A stretch of 64,000 nt of DNA. Origin: Eledone cirrhosa (taxonomy: Eukaryota). The position numbers and the translations under genes are program-made. Location of the stretch: the NCBI GenBank assembly GCA_964016885.1, contig OZ024741.1:61318001-61382000 (forward strand), read 5' to 3'. Positions 12,399 to 27,485 of this stretch are shown piece after piece (position 1 is the first letter of the stretch; each line of letters opens with the position of its first letter). Under the pieces are notes generated by a model that saw only the letters and a program-made list of their open reading frames with translations, was not told the DNA's origin and made no database searches.

Positions 12399-13709
12399 CG
12401 AGGGGAGATCAAAAAGTTCGCGAAATTTTATCGTAGTAAGAAAAAAATAGATTAAAACAATATTAAACATGTCAGAACATTGTCACTGGGTCTTTACCTT
12501 GCTATTAGTCACTTGCAGTCAGTTATGCGTGGACTATTGTACAGTACTGACACTCTTTAAAAAACCTCTTTTTGGAACAATGGAAAATAGTTATTTTGAG
12601 ATAAGATCGAATATCAAGTTTCTGGTGAAACTCAAATGGAAAGTGACACAGATTATGGAGGTTTTAGTTAAAGTTTACAGTACTACTGCTCCAAAGAAAA
12701 CTGCTGTCTACAAGTGGATTCAGCGATTCAAACAAGGGAGAGACCACCTTGAAGACGACCATCACAGTGGAAGACTAGGAACATCAAAAAATGACCAAAA
12801 CGTTGAGGCTGATCAGACTTTAATTGAAGAAGATCGAAGAATAACAGTTAATCAGTTAGCTAAGTCCCTAGACATTTCATATGGTTCGGCAAATTCAATT
12901 CTGCACGATAATTTGGGACTAAGCAAGCTATCAGCGCGATGGGTCCCAAAAGCGTTGCACTCTGATCAGCTGATTCTTCGAAATGATCTGTCTTTGGCGA
13001 TATTAAACAAAATTGAAGTTGATGAAGAGCATTTCCTGACCAGAATCATCACCGGAGATGAAACCTGGATCTACCAGTATAATCCTGAATCCAAACAGCA
13101 GTCAAAACAGTGGCTTCCGCGTGGATCATCGGGTCCAATCAAGTTTAAATCTCAAAAGTTGGATCAAAAAGTGATGGCCACCATTTTCTGGGATTCAGAT
13201 GGGGGGATACTAATAGATTATCTTGAAGGTCAAAGAACTGTGACAGGAGCTTACTATGCAAATGTTTTAAGGAAGCTGAAAGAGGCTTTAGTCAAGAAAC
13301 GAAAAAGGAAACTTCATGGTGGGATCTTGTTTCACCATGACAATGCACCAGCGCATTCTGCATGGGTTGCAAAAGAAGTTCTTCGAGAATTTCGATAGGA
13401 AGTGCTTCCTCACCCGCCTTATAATTCAGATTTAGCCCCATCAGACTTTTTCCTCTTTCCAAAACTCAAAGAAATGCTAAAAGGAACCCGTTTTAGTGGT
13501 GTTGGAGAAGCTAAAAACACTGCCAACACATGGCTTCGAACAAGGCCTTCAACTTTCTTTAGAGATGGCTTACAAAGCTGGAAGCATCGCCTTGTCAAGT
13601 GTATTGACCTGGATAGCAACTATGTAGAAAAATAAATTGATGGTAAATCATATTTTTTGAAAAATAGAATATTTTCTGAAAAATTCCGCGAACTTTTTGA
13701 TCCCTCTCG
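12399..13709 (+). mobile_element. Full-length mariner transposon (irritans/Hsmar2-like)
   Basis: ~30 bp TIRs CGAGGGGAGATCAAAAAGTTCGCGAAATTTT and AAAATTCCGCGAACTTTTTGATCCCTCTCG. TA on both sides, 1.31 kb. Confidence 0.95.
12580..13635 (+). pseudogene. Mariner D,D34D-type transposase with a single nonsense codon
   Basis: WVPK, TGDETW, HDNA and HPPYNSDLAPSDF motifs. One frame throughout, with TAG at 13396-13398 where Trp is expected. Confidence 0.93.
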
Positions 13710-14129
13710 TATAAGACATCTGATATATTTACATTGAGCTATTTCTCATACTGCTAATAAGGTGGTAAAAAATAAAAAATACTAACCTTTCCTGTTTATA
13801 ATTATATATAGCTTGTATATAAGTATAAATAATATTGTTATTATTATATATATTTATATGTATGTGTATATATATATATATGTGTGTGTGTATATATATA
13901 TGTGTGTGTGTGTATATATATATATACTAGTTGAAACTGTTTTAGTTTGGAGGCAGGATCTGTCTCAGTGTATCAGTAATATATACTGTATATATTCAAA
14001 AGATCTCAGGAGCAAACAACAACATAAACAAACATAAACAAAGGAATTCATTCTTGCTGTAAGGTAGCAATGATGTAAATTAATTATTTTGTGCTTTTGT
14101 TTGTGTATTTATATTGTTGTTTGGACATA

Positions 14130-14229
<100 letters not shown>

Positions 14230-14337
14230 AAAGTTGAGACAGTAAACAGAAAAAAAGCGTGGAAGCGAAGAGGCAGTACAAATGTTAATATTAGTTTCAC
14301 GCTTGAGAGATAGACATCTCCAAACAACAATATAAAT

Positions 14338-14451
<114 letters not shown>

Positions 14452-15033
14452 TTGGTATGGACACGTGATGCGCATGAAAGTCGATAGCTGTATAACAAAG
14501 TGCAGGGCAATAAAGATAGACGGTAGTCACGGAATAGGCAGACCTAGAAAAACCTGGGACGAGCTGATAAACTCCGACCTCACACACTTACACCTCTCCA
14601 AGACAATGTCACTGGACCGAGACCTTTGGCGGTACTCAGTAACAGAGAAGACCCGCCTTGCCAGTAGGCATCTCTAACAAAATACACCCCGTCCCGCCAC
14701 CACCACCACCCATCCACACCACCCCGTTCTATGTAAAGTTATGTTGGTGCCGCGCCATCCAGACCGAAACAAATGAGATCGTGTAGGTGTCACGACAAAA
14801 AAACACACAGTCCACGCTGTAATGTGGCCGTGTAGGCAACACGGTAAAAACCTCCCAGACCCACACTGTAAATGTGGTTGGTGTTAGGAAGGGCATCCAA
14901 CTGTAGAAAACCTGCCAGACAGTCCTATGCGAGCAAGACAATCACTCTTGCCTCAAGTGGGACTACCCCCGTCCAAACCCATGCAAGCGTGGAACACGGA
15001 CGTTAAACGTTGATGATGATGATGATGATGATG
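14452..15033 (+). mobile_element. 5'-truncated RTE copy
   Basis: Nearly identical to 26704-27315 except a ~28 bp deletion around the stop codon. (GAT)n tail, (TA)n on both sides. Confidence 0.92.
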
Positions 15034-15071
15034 ATACATATATATATATATATACATATATATGTATATAC

Positions 15072-15134
<63 letters not shown>

Positions 15135-15145
15135 CATATATATAC

Positions 15146-15176
<31 letters not shown>

Positions 15177-15187
15177 CATATATATAC

Positions 15188-15234
<47 letters not shown>

Positions 15235-15649
15235 AATATATATACATATATATATATATATCATCATCATCATCATTTCATGTCTATTTTCCCTTCTAGC
15301 AAAGTTTGGACATGTCATCACAGCCAGTCAGTACTTAATTGGAGTTACTTACCTCTCAGACATACCAGACTCACATCTCACTTACATAGATTTCTACACA
15401 CACACAGACTCCCACCTACCCACACATGCGGCGGGGGGGGGGTCTGCAAATCATGTAGAAAGTGAGTATTATTATTAACAGTATGACTTAACTCCACACT
15501 ACCAGTGATTTCCAGATGAAAACAAGTCCGAATTATCAGTCACCTGATGTTTTCATACTGCTTATATATATATCTAATTGAATATAAAAGAGAGATAAAC
15601 ACAGATATAAACATATATGTGTTCAAATCGTAAGGGATTACTAATTTTA

Positions 15650-16075
15650 CACCCACTGATGAGCAAAGAATTGGTAATTGCAAAACAGCCTACCATAAGG
15701 TTCGTATTTCTTTTCTTGATTTATTATTTTAAATTGAGTCTTGCAAACCATATTGTTAATAGTTAGTATTTTTTTCACCCTAGCGAACCTGGTCCCTTAC
15801 GATATGAACACATGTATGTTTATATCTGTGTTTATCTCTCTTTTATATTCAATTATATTACACAGCTCAGAAAAACCTCTTTCTTTGAGCTATTTAATTT
15901 TAAGAGACTATTTTCAGTTTCTAACTCAATATATACCTTTGATATATATATATATATTTGTTGTTTTTTTGTGTCTTTACTAGACATTCTGTTTCTCTAT
16001 TGTGATCCTGTCTCTATTTTTGTACTCCTGAAGAAGGGCTAAGCCCGGAACGTCAAACTTTCTTTCCTTTTTCCG
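15650..16075 (+). mobile_element. Decayed PLE pLTR remnant(s) with two degenerate hammerhead cores
   Basis: CTGATGA-gcaa...ttgc-AAAA at 15656-15685 and CTGAAGA-agggct-aa-gccc-GGAA-cg-TC at 16028-16054. Confidence 0.45.
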
Positions 16076-16087
16076 ATATAAAGTGTG

Positions 16088-16413
16088 AAAGCGCATGGTT
16101 TAATGGTTACACCTTTGGGCTTGCAATCAGAAGGTTGTGAGTTCGATTCTTGGACTGGGTGATGTGTTGTATCCTTGAGAAAGACACTTTATTTCAAGTT
16201 GCTCCACTTTACTCAGCTGTAGAAATGAGTTGCAACGTTACATGTGCCAAACTGTATCAGCCATAGCCTTTCCCTTGGACATCATCGGGGGCATGTAGAG
16301 GGGAGGCTGGTATGCATGGGCAACTGCAGGTCTTCCACAAATAATATTGCCTGGACTTGTGCCTCAGAGGGAAACTTTCTAGGTGCAAATCCCATGGTCA
16401 TTCGTGACTGAAG
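16088..16413 (+). mobile_element. tRNA SINE with the 7788-type head and a different body/tail (minus copy ~56068-56345)
   Basis: The first ~140 bp align to 7788-7927, then the sequence diverges after cagctgtagaaatg. Confidence 0.75.
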
Positions 16414-16504
16414 GAGGTTGTCTCTCTCTCTATATATATACATTAATAACAGTTGATTAAGAAGTACTGGTGAAATTTGAATAGTGTGCATCTCAATCCA
16501 AAAG

Positions 16505-17010
16505 ACTATAATAGTTTCTGATTTAGGCACAAGGTCAGCAATTTTAGAGGAGGGGAAAGGCAATCAACTCAACCCCAGTGCATGGAGCTTTATTTTATCA
16601 ACCCTATAAGGATGAAAGGCAAAGCTAACTTTGGTAGGATTTGAACTCAGAACGTAAAAGGCCATAACTATGTCACGAAGCAGAGTGCCCAACATTCTAC
16701 CAATCCACCATCCTACAAAGGACTATAATAGTTGTTTCTACATTAGGCACAAGGCCAGCAATTTGAAGGGCAGAATTTGAAATAAGAATGTAAAGGGCCG
16801 TAATTCTGCTGTGAAGCATTTGGTCTGACGTTCTACCGATTCCACCAATCCACCACCCAAAAGACTATAATAATTGTTTCTACTTTTGGCACAAGGCCAG
16901 TAATTATCCAGTGCATTACTGGTACTTTATTTTATCAAGCCCCGTAAGGATGAAAGGCAAAGTTGACCTCGGCAGGATTTGAACTCAGAATGGCAAGGGC
17001 CGTAACTCTA
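16505..17010 (-). mobile_element. Three tandem copies of the second SINE family
   Basis: Repeated ggcacaagg.cag...ggatgaaaggcaaag...gatttgaactcagaa, the reverse complement of the 10088 copy. Confidence 0.7.
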
Positions 17011-17568
17011 TACGTTAATCTCTATAGATAATAGTTGAGAAAACCTGAAAAGTACCCTTGTTTTATTACAATGAATCAGTAGCCTGATACACTGATGTTT
17101 CTACGCTCTGTGTGTGTGTATGTGTGTGTTTGTGTTTCTACATGTTATAATTTTTTATGAGAAGTCTGTGTAAAGCTACTTTCCTTGTTTACTGTGATTG
17201 GGGTATTATCATTACTTGTGATCACTACTTGTATAATACCATGTATTACTGAACTGAAGTAGAAGTGGGTTTTTTAAAATATTATGGCAACACTTGTAGT
17301 TCTGTAAAGGTCTTCTGAGTTCTAGATAAAATCCTATTTTGTTGGAGGGAATGAGATTATTTAATTCATCTGAGAATCTTTCTGATTCCCTTAGTGATGC
17401 CAGGAGCAATAAATTTTCATGAGAGCCTCCCAATAAAATTCCAATTTTCTATTCAAACAGAGGAGTAATTTAATGATGTTTAATGATTGCAGGATTATAT
17501 TTGTATCATCTCTCTTTTGCATTTGTAAATACAATACCCTGTAACTGAATTTGCTAGATACTGTCACC

Positions 17569-17610
<42 letters not shown>

Positions 17611-18121
17611 CAGGAATCTTGAGTACAATCATGAACACAAGTGGCTAAAATAGGGTTCCTCTGAAGGATCTTTGGAATAATGTTACTGGATAAAGTGCAT
17701 AGCTCAGAGATCAGAAAGTTGCTCCAGGTTGCTTCGAAATTGAGAGATCATAGTTTCAATACTACAGACAAGTGTTTAGAATGTCTAAGGAAAGATTTAC
17801 TGGACAAATTTAATAGGCAAAGCTAGATGGCAGAATATCTAGTGTTAAACCATGAGCATGGTGGTTGGATAATATCTGGGAGTTCGATTGGTCTCACTTG
17901 GAGTTCCAGTCAGATAAATTGAAGACAGCTGCTTTTGATAAAACCCTTGAATGTGAATCTGAGAACCCTGCCCCGATGACCACCCCATGCATAAATGGGC
18001 AAAGAAGAAGATCAAGAAGGTCAGAATGACACAAAAGAATGATATAGCAAAGTTAAAATATATATAGATCCATCTAACATTTTCTAACAGGGAAAGTGGA
18101 CATTAAAATGATGATGATGTT

Positions 18122-18147
<26 letters not shown>

Positions 18148-18152
<5 letters not shown>

Positions 18153-18275
18153 CAAAGGAAATATGGTAAGGAACCAGATGGACCATAATGCACCAAAGTA
18201 CTCAATACTTAGGGTAGTCCAGAATTAGCCGTTGAAACGGCTTGAGCTCAGATGTCGGGGTCCTACTTGTTCCTA
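18148..18275. mobile_element. Short rearranged PLE-type element, same family as 53941-54158
   Basis: Inverted 3' segment (18148-18216) joined to gtccagaattagccg..gaaacggcttgagctca...tcctacttgttcctat. (TA)n flanks. Confidence 0.6.
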
Positions 18276-18694
18276 TATATATATAGCTGTAGTAAATATA
18301 TATAGCTGTAGTAAAACATTGTCTGAAACAAGGACCCCATGATGGGTATGAAACCTGTCATGTGACCCACAAAACTAAGCCTTGTTTTAGCAGGGGAAAT
18401 GGGTATAAAACGTTTGTTGTTGAACACAATACTAGATCCGGTATAAGGTATTCTAAGTATTTTGTGGCAGTATATAGGCTGAATCATGAGAATTTTGGTT
18501 TAAATCACTTGCAATATTTATTTTTTCTCACCAAGATCAATTGTTCCTTTTATCCTGTGTAAATAAATAAAGTAATTGTCAAGGGCAAATGATTGGTGAA
18601 TATTTTAGAAAACTGGACATGAGCACTGGCCTTAGAGTATCTGATGCAGCTCTGTTGTTCTGAGTTTCTGTCATTAGAAAAATGGGGACATGAT

Positions 18695-18965
18695 AGGAAT
18701 GAGGCCCCTATCATTATAACACCCAAGAAATATTTTATGAGATGTAACCCCATAGGAGGCATACTAAACCTATATATAGTTATGAGCTATTACAACAGTT
18801 ACATGATAGAAATGGGTCCCCTATCATTCAAGCAACCAAGAAACCTTCTATGAGATGTAATCTCAAAAGAGTCCAGCTAAACCTATGCAGGTATGAGTTG
18901 TAACATGATAAGATTGGAGACTACCTATCATTAAAACACCCAAGAAACCTATGAGATATAATCTT
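18695..18965. repeat. Degenerate ~110 bp tandem repeat, ~2.5 copies
   Basis: cctatcatt....c..ccaagaaa...tatgagat.taa recurs at ~18706, ~18820 and ~18924. Confidence 0.6.
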
Positions 18966-20263
18966 ATAGTTAAACATATATGAAAGAATTAAATCTGAAA
19001 CTGTAGAGACACTGTCAATCTGCGGTCTAATGATCACTGCTAAAACACTTGTGATCATAGATCTGCATGATTTGGACTGACTCAGGGCTAAAAAGCAACA
19101 GCCATTAATATCATGATCCCCAAACTCCAAAAGAAAAGAGTGAAAAAAAAGTGTTTTTTAAATTTGTTCTCTTTGTATTGGAAGTTAGGCCGATAACAGA
19201 ATCTGATTTATGTTGTTTCAGTCTAAATTCAAGCCAAAAACATTTCTCTCTAATATTAAGAAGTTCTTGTCACATAAAATTTGTTGAGGGTTTTTTGTTG
19301 GTGGTGGTGTTTTTACTACTACATTTCCACCACTGTAAATACATATTACACATAATAAAGAAAGACAACTCTCGAGAAACTTAGCCAAAAGAACAATGTC
19401 GTGTCGATTGGAAGCAATTTATAATGTATAAAATAAGAGTTAAAACAGAATAAGGAAAAGGTGACTATACCATAGATGATGGTTTATGTACAGGACTTGA
19501 CTTTTATAGTCGATAAATCCACAAAATAAATGGCCTCAGAATTTTTTATAGCTTTTATATGTTTGGTATTTGTTGTTTGTTGTTGTTGTTTTGATAGGGA
19601 TAGAGTTAAACATAAGAGCGAAATTGAGAAGTGAAAGTAAAATTAATTATGACAAGACATATATGAAAATGTTCTTTTAGTGGTTTCAATCATGAGACTG
19701 TGGCCATGATGGGGCACTGCCTTGAAACTTTTAGTCATTCATAGTAAACCAAGGACTTATTTTATCAATTATGTCTAACAAACTCCACCCTCAAGGCATT
19801 GGTCAATGCAAGGCTGTAGTAGTATAAGACACTTGCCCATGATGCCACACAATGGAAATTAACCGAGAAGCTCAAGGTTGCAAAACAAACACCTTAATCA
19901 CATAGCCATGGCTATGACTATATAGTAGAAAAACTTCACCAAGATGTTGATGTAATTATAGGTCCAATGTGTAGTCAAATGAAATACAATGAGATAGAAA
20001 AGTAGAGACCTTAACTGCGGTACATAGTATTTACTGATGCAAGACCCATTTTCTTGAATAAATTCACTGGGATTACAAACTAAACCAACCTACCTTATCA
20101 ACCTGATACACATGGATCAAAGGAAATAAGTCTTGAAAATTTTGTGATAAAATTACTTTCCATTATATATATATATATATATATAGATATATGCATATGC
20201 ATATATATATATGCATATATATATATATATGTATATATATATGCATATATATATATATATATA

Positions 20264-20303
<40 letters not shown>

Positions 20304-20316
20304 TATATATATATGC

Positions 20317-20376
<60 letters not shown>

Positions 20377-20379
<3 letters not shown>

Positions 20380-20678
20380 GGAGGTGAGTTTTATTGTAGT
20401 ACAATAAAGCAATGCAGATATCGGATAAGTAGCACTCTACAGTTTGTAGGACTGGAGTATAAATAATATATAAGTTAAACCACACTGGTGAATAGTGCAG
20501 TTTTAAATCAACATATATGTTGATTTAAAACTGCACTATTCACAAGTGTGTATTAACCTTCATATCATGTCTCCCTATTTTATCTGACGAAAACACAAAT
20601 GTTATTGCATGATGATATTTGTTTTTGAAATGCGCATAATAAAATACATGGAACCCTTTAACCATCTTTTGATCTTAT
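20377..20678 (+). mobile_element. Family C hammerhead element with a longer inverted arm; ribozyme at 20577-20645
   Basis: Same core CTGACGA...GAAA-tgcgca-TA and the same stem I. A ~35 bp-arm palindrome is centred at ~20515. Confidence 0.75.
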
Positions 20679-20856
20679 ATATATATATGCATATGCATAT
20701 ATATATATGCATATGCATATATATATATGCATATATATCATCAGCATCATCATTTTACGTCCGCTTCTCCCTGCTTGCAAGGGTGGGACAGGAACTGATT
20801 CTGGCTTGATTTCTACAGCTGGATGCCCTTCCTAACACCAAACTCATTTACAGTGA

Positions 20857-20949
<93 letters not shown>

Positions 20950-21114
20950 TGCATATATATATATATGCATATATATATATATGCATATATATATATATGC
21001 ATATATATATATATATATATGCATATATATATATATATATATGCATATATATATATATATATGCATATATATATATATATATGCATATATATATATACAT
21101 ATATGTATATATGT

Positions 21115-21300
21115 TAACCTTGGTCTTCCTCTTCTAGTGTGTCCATGTAGGGGCTCCCAAAGGAGAACTGAGTGCAATGTCAACTCTGGATGTCGGTGAG
21201 CATGTCCAGGAGCTGACTTTTGGGATGCTCCCATACAAGGTTAACATATGTTGATGCCCTAAGGACAGACACTGGTCTGTTGGAGATGCAGGATATGTCA
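21115..21300 (-). mobile_element. RTE-clade C-terminal relic of a different family
   Basis: Translates to [33 protein letters not shown], a typical RTE C-terminus. Confidence 0.6.
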
Positions 21301-21576
21301 GCGATAATGAGGGACAGAGACCGCTGGAGAGAACTCGTCCATGGATCTCGGGAATTTTACCCGCCTTAGATAGATAGATAGATATGTATATATATATATA
21401 TGCATATATATATATATATACATATATGCATATATATATATATATATGCATATATGCATATATATATATATATATGCATATATGCATATATATATATGCA
21501 TATAAATATATATATGCATATAGATATATATATGCATATAGATATATATGCATATAGATATATATACATATATCTA

Positions 21577-21615
<39 letters not shown>

Positions 21616-21722
21616 GCATGTAGATATATATGCATATAGTTATATATGCATATATCTATATATGCATATAGATATATATGCATATAGATATATATGCATA
21701 TATCTAGATATATATGCATATA

Positions 21723-21795
<73 letters not shown>

Positions 21796-21796
21796 C

Positions 21797-23520
<1,724 letters not shown>

Positions 23521-23824
23521 AGCTACCCAACACCCCCCCCCACCTCCACGCACCACCATTGCTATTACGTGGACCAATCATAAAACAGAGCCCCCACGCA
23601 TCACCAGTATTATTACGCGGACCAATCAGAAGCCAGAAGCCTATACTATCGCTTGCCTGGTTGCCTTTCGATATATGATGGATGGATGGACTGCGGAATC
23701 CTGGAGAGTGGAGGTGAGAGAGAGAAAAATCTGGACGCTCAGCGACAATGCCAAAGATAAAGACAAATTCACCTCTTGGACGAGAATGCGAGCACTCCTC
23801 ATTGTTTCGACCGCGGACGGCTAA

Positions 23825-26800
23825 CATAACCCCATCGCCCCACGCCCCCCACCGCCCCAACCCCCAAACGCAATCCAAAACTTCAGAGTTGGTACCATAA
23901 ATGTAGGCACCCTAAAGGGTCGCGTTAACGAGGTTGTAGAAATGCTTGAACGTAAGGAGGTCGATGTTTGTTGTATTCAAGAGACCAGGTGGAGGGGTGG
24001 GTCTGCTAGGTTCATTGAGGGTAAAAAACGATGTTATAAGCTTTTCTGGGTGGGAAACGACGATGGGCTGGGTGGAGTAGGAATCATGGTAGCAGAAAAG
24101 TGGGCAGATAAGATAATAGACGTAAATAGAGTGAACGACAGAATAATTAAAATACGACTTGTCCTCAATAGAACTACGGTGACAGTAATATCTGCGTACG
24201 CACCCCAATCTGGACTGCCCGGCACTATAAAAGACAGATTCTATGAGACACTGATGCTAACTACCTCCCAAATATCCGACAGTGACTATATAATTATCGC
24301 AGGCGACCTAAATGGTCACGTTGGACAACATTGTGACGGCTACGACGAAATCCATGGAGGCTATGGGTTTGGTACTAGAAATGAGGAAGGCTCCAGAATC
24401 CTGGAATTCTGTGATGCAAATAACCTAACTATCTGTAACACTAACTTCAAAAAACGTGACAATCACCTGATCACCTATAGATCCGGGGAACACACAAGCC
24501 AGGTAGATTATATCCTTACCAGAAGACGTGACAGAGTGTCTGTTGTAAACACTAAATCCCTCCCCCATGAAGAATGCACCTCCCAACATAGACTGATAAT
24601 TAGCGACCTCATAGTCAGGACGAGACGTACTCGACAGCAGAAGAGGACTATCCTCAGGAGAAAAATATGGAAGCTAAAGGACCCCACAGCCAGGAATAAA
24701 TTTCAAAGCATATTACTTGATGCTTTCGACAGTAAGGAAGAACATTTAGAGTCGGACAATATAGAGGGAGAGTGGGAATTTCTGAAAGCAAACCTGCTGT
24801 TGGCGACAGACGAAGTCTGTGGCTGGAGCAGGCCTGTAGGCAGGAGGAGAGTAACATGGTGGTGGAACAGTAAGGTGGAGGGGTCAATTAAGGCCAAAAA
24901 GCAGGCTTGGAAAGTATGGCGGGATGGGGGAAGTAGAGAGGACTATCAAGTGGCCAGGAGGGAAGCTAGGAGACAAGTGTACTTAGCAAGAAGGGAAGCT
25001 GAGGAAAGAAAGTTCAAGCATGTTCTACAACGCGTTGACCAAAAACGTGAGGTGTTCAGGATTGCTAGGCAATGCGTCAAGGAAAACCGTGATATTGTCG
25101 GGGAGAAGTGTGTACTAAACGACGGTGGCACACTTGCCATCACCGACACTGATAAGAAGGTAGCTTGGAAGTGTCACTATGAAAGGCTACTAAATGAGGA
25201 GAATAAATGGGAGAAAGACAGTCTCCCCCATATCGACCCAATAGAGGGACCAGCAGTGTTAGTCGAGGGGAGTATAATAAGTAAGGCAATCAAGGATATG
25301 AAGACGGGTAAGGCGGCTGGGCCTTCGGAAATAGTTGCTGAGATGCTGAAGGCATCTGGCACGGTGGGACACACCATGGTCACCCGCATAGTTAACAAAG
25401 TCGTACAGAATGGGGTTGTTCCGAAGGACTGGCATAGCAGCATCATCGTTAACTGTTATAAGGGTAAAGGAGACGCCCTAGATAGGAGTAACTATAGAGG
25501 CATTAAATTAATCGACCAGGTCATGAAGGTCACGGAAAAAGTAATAGCGCAACTAATCAGAGAGAGAATTGACCTAGATGAAATGCAGTTCGGGTTTGTG
25601 TCAGGCAAAAGTACTACAGACGCTCTTTTCATAGTACGACAACTACAGGAGAAGTACCTAGCTAAAGGTAAACCCCTCTACTTAGCTTTTGTCGACTTGG
25701 AGAAAGCCTTCGACAGAGTCCCCCGCTCCATTATCTGGTGGGCTCTTAGAAAACTAGGCGTTGACGAATGGCTTGTGAGGGCTATACAAGCCATGTATAA
25801 AGAAACAGTCAGCAAGGTTAGAATTAACAACGAATATAGTGAAGAGTTTAGCGTAAAAGTTGGCGTCCATCAGGGCTCTGTTCTCAGCCCACTACTATTT
25901 ATTATTGCCCTTCAGGCTATAACAGAGGAGTTCAAGACAGGCTGCCCATGGGAACTCCTATACGCAGACGACCTGACACTCATAGCGGAATCAATGGCCG
26001 AGCTAGAGAAGAAATTCCAAACATGGAAGCACGGCCTAGAGTCAAAAGGACTTAAAATTAACCTGGCTAAGACCAAAGTACTAGTTTGTAGGAAAGAAAA
26101 CAAGGCGGCGGTCCCTTCTGGGAAATGGTCGTGCTCGGTGTGTAGGAAAGGCGTAGGTAGAAACTCCATTTTATGTCCTAAATGCAAAGTATGGGTGCAT
26201 AAAAGATGTAGTGGGATCACAGGTAAGCTAACTAAGAACATAGATTTTACATGTGGCCGGTGCTCTGGTGCAATAAGTAGCAGCAAGTGCCCACAAAATA
26301 CTAGCTCTTTCAATTGCGCAGAGGGTTCTATAGAAATAGTGGACAGCTTCCGTTACCTGGGCGATAAAATCAGCAGTGGGGGAGGGTGCTCTGAAAGTAC
26401 TGTAGCTAGAGTCAGAACTGGTTGGAAAAAGTTCAGAGAGCTTATACCACTATTAGCTGCTAAAGCGTTCTCACTAAAAATGAAAGGCAGGTTGTACGAT
26501 GCCTGCATACGAACAGCAATGCTGCATGGCAGTGAGACCTGGGCATTGTGTGCAGAGGATATACGCAGACTAGAGAGGAACAAAGCTTGCATGCTCCGCT
26601 GGATGTGTAACAGTAATATACGTGAACGGCAAAGCATAAACGAACTAAGGAAAAAATTAGAGATAAGAGGGATCAGATGTTGATTACTCGAGAGAAGGCT
26701 ACGTTGGTATGGACACGTGATGCGCATGAAAGTCGATAGCTGTATAACAAAGTGCAGGGCAATAAAGATAGACGGTAGTCACGGAATAGGCAGACCTAGA

Positions 26801-26917
26801 AAAACCTGGGACGAGCTGATAAACTCCGACATCACACACTTACACCTCTCCAAGACAATGTCACTGGACCGAGACCTTTGGCGGTACTCAGTAACAGAGA
26901 AGACCCGCCTTACCTAA
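23825..26917 (+). pseudogene. RTE ORF2: AP endonuclease + reverse transcriptase with internal PHD finger; one premature TGA
   Basis: VGTINVGTL, IQETRW, GDLNGHVG, SQVDYIL, NYRGIKL, FVDLEKAFD, GVHQGSVLSP, LYADDL, FRYLG, GRPRKTW. TGA at 26681-26683 where sister copies have TGT. The first in-frame ATG is at 23942. Confidence 0.95.
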
Positions 26918-27314
26918 ATATATAGTAAAACCTACTCCAGCCAGTAGGCATCTCTAACAAAATACACCCCGTCCCACCACCACCACCCCCACCCCATCCA
27001 CACCACCCCGTTCTATGTAAAGTTATGTTGGTGCCGCGCCATCGAGGCCGAAACAAATGAGATCGTGTAGGTGTCACGACAAAAAAACACACAGTCCACG
27101 CTGTAATGTGGCCGTGTAGGCAACACGGTAAAAACCTCCCAGACCCACACTGTAAATGTAGTTGGTGTTAGGAAGGGCATCCAACTGTAGAAAACCTGCC
27201 AGACAGTCCTATGCGAGCAAGACAATCACTCTTGCCTCAAGTGGGACTACCCCCGTCCAAACCCATGCAAGCGTGGAACACGGACGTTAAACGTTGATGA
27301 TGATGATGATGATG

Positions 27315-27473
<159 letters not shown>

Positions 27474-27485
27474 CATATATATATA

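Noticed and set aside
26681-26683. In-frame TGA at a Cys position of the RTE ORF, considered as selenocysteine
   Set aside because: Sister copies have TGT at this position. It is a single point mutation and no SECIS is evident.
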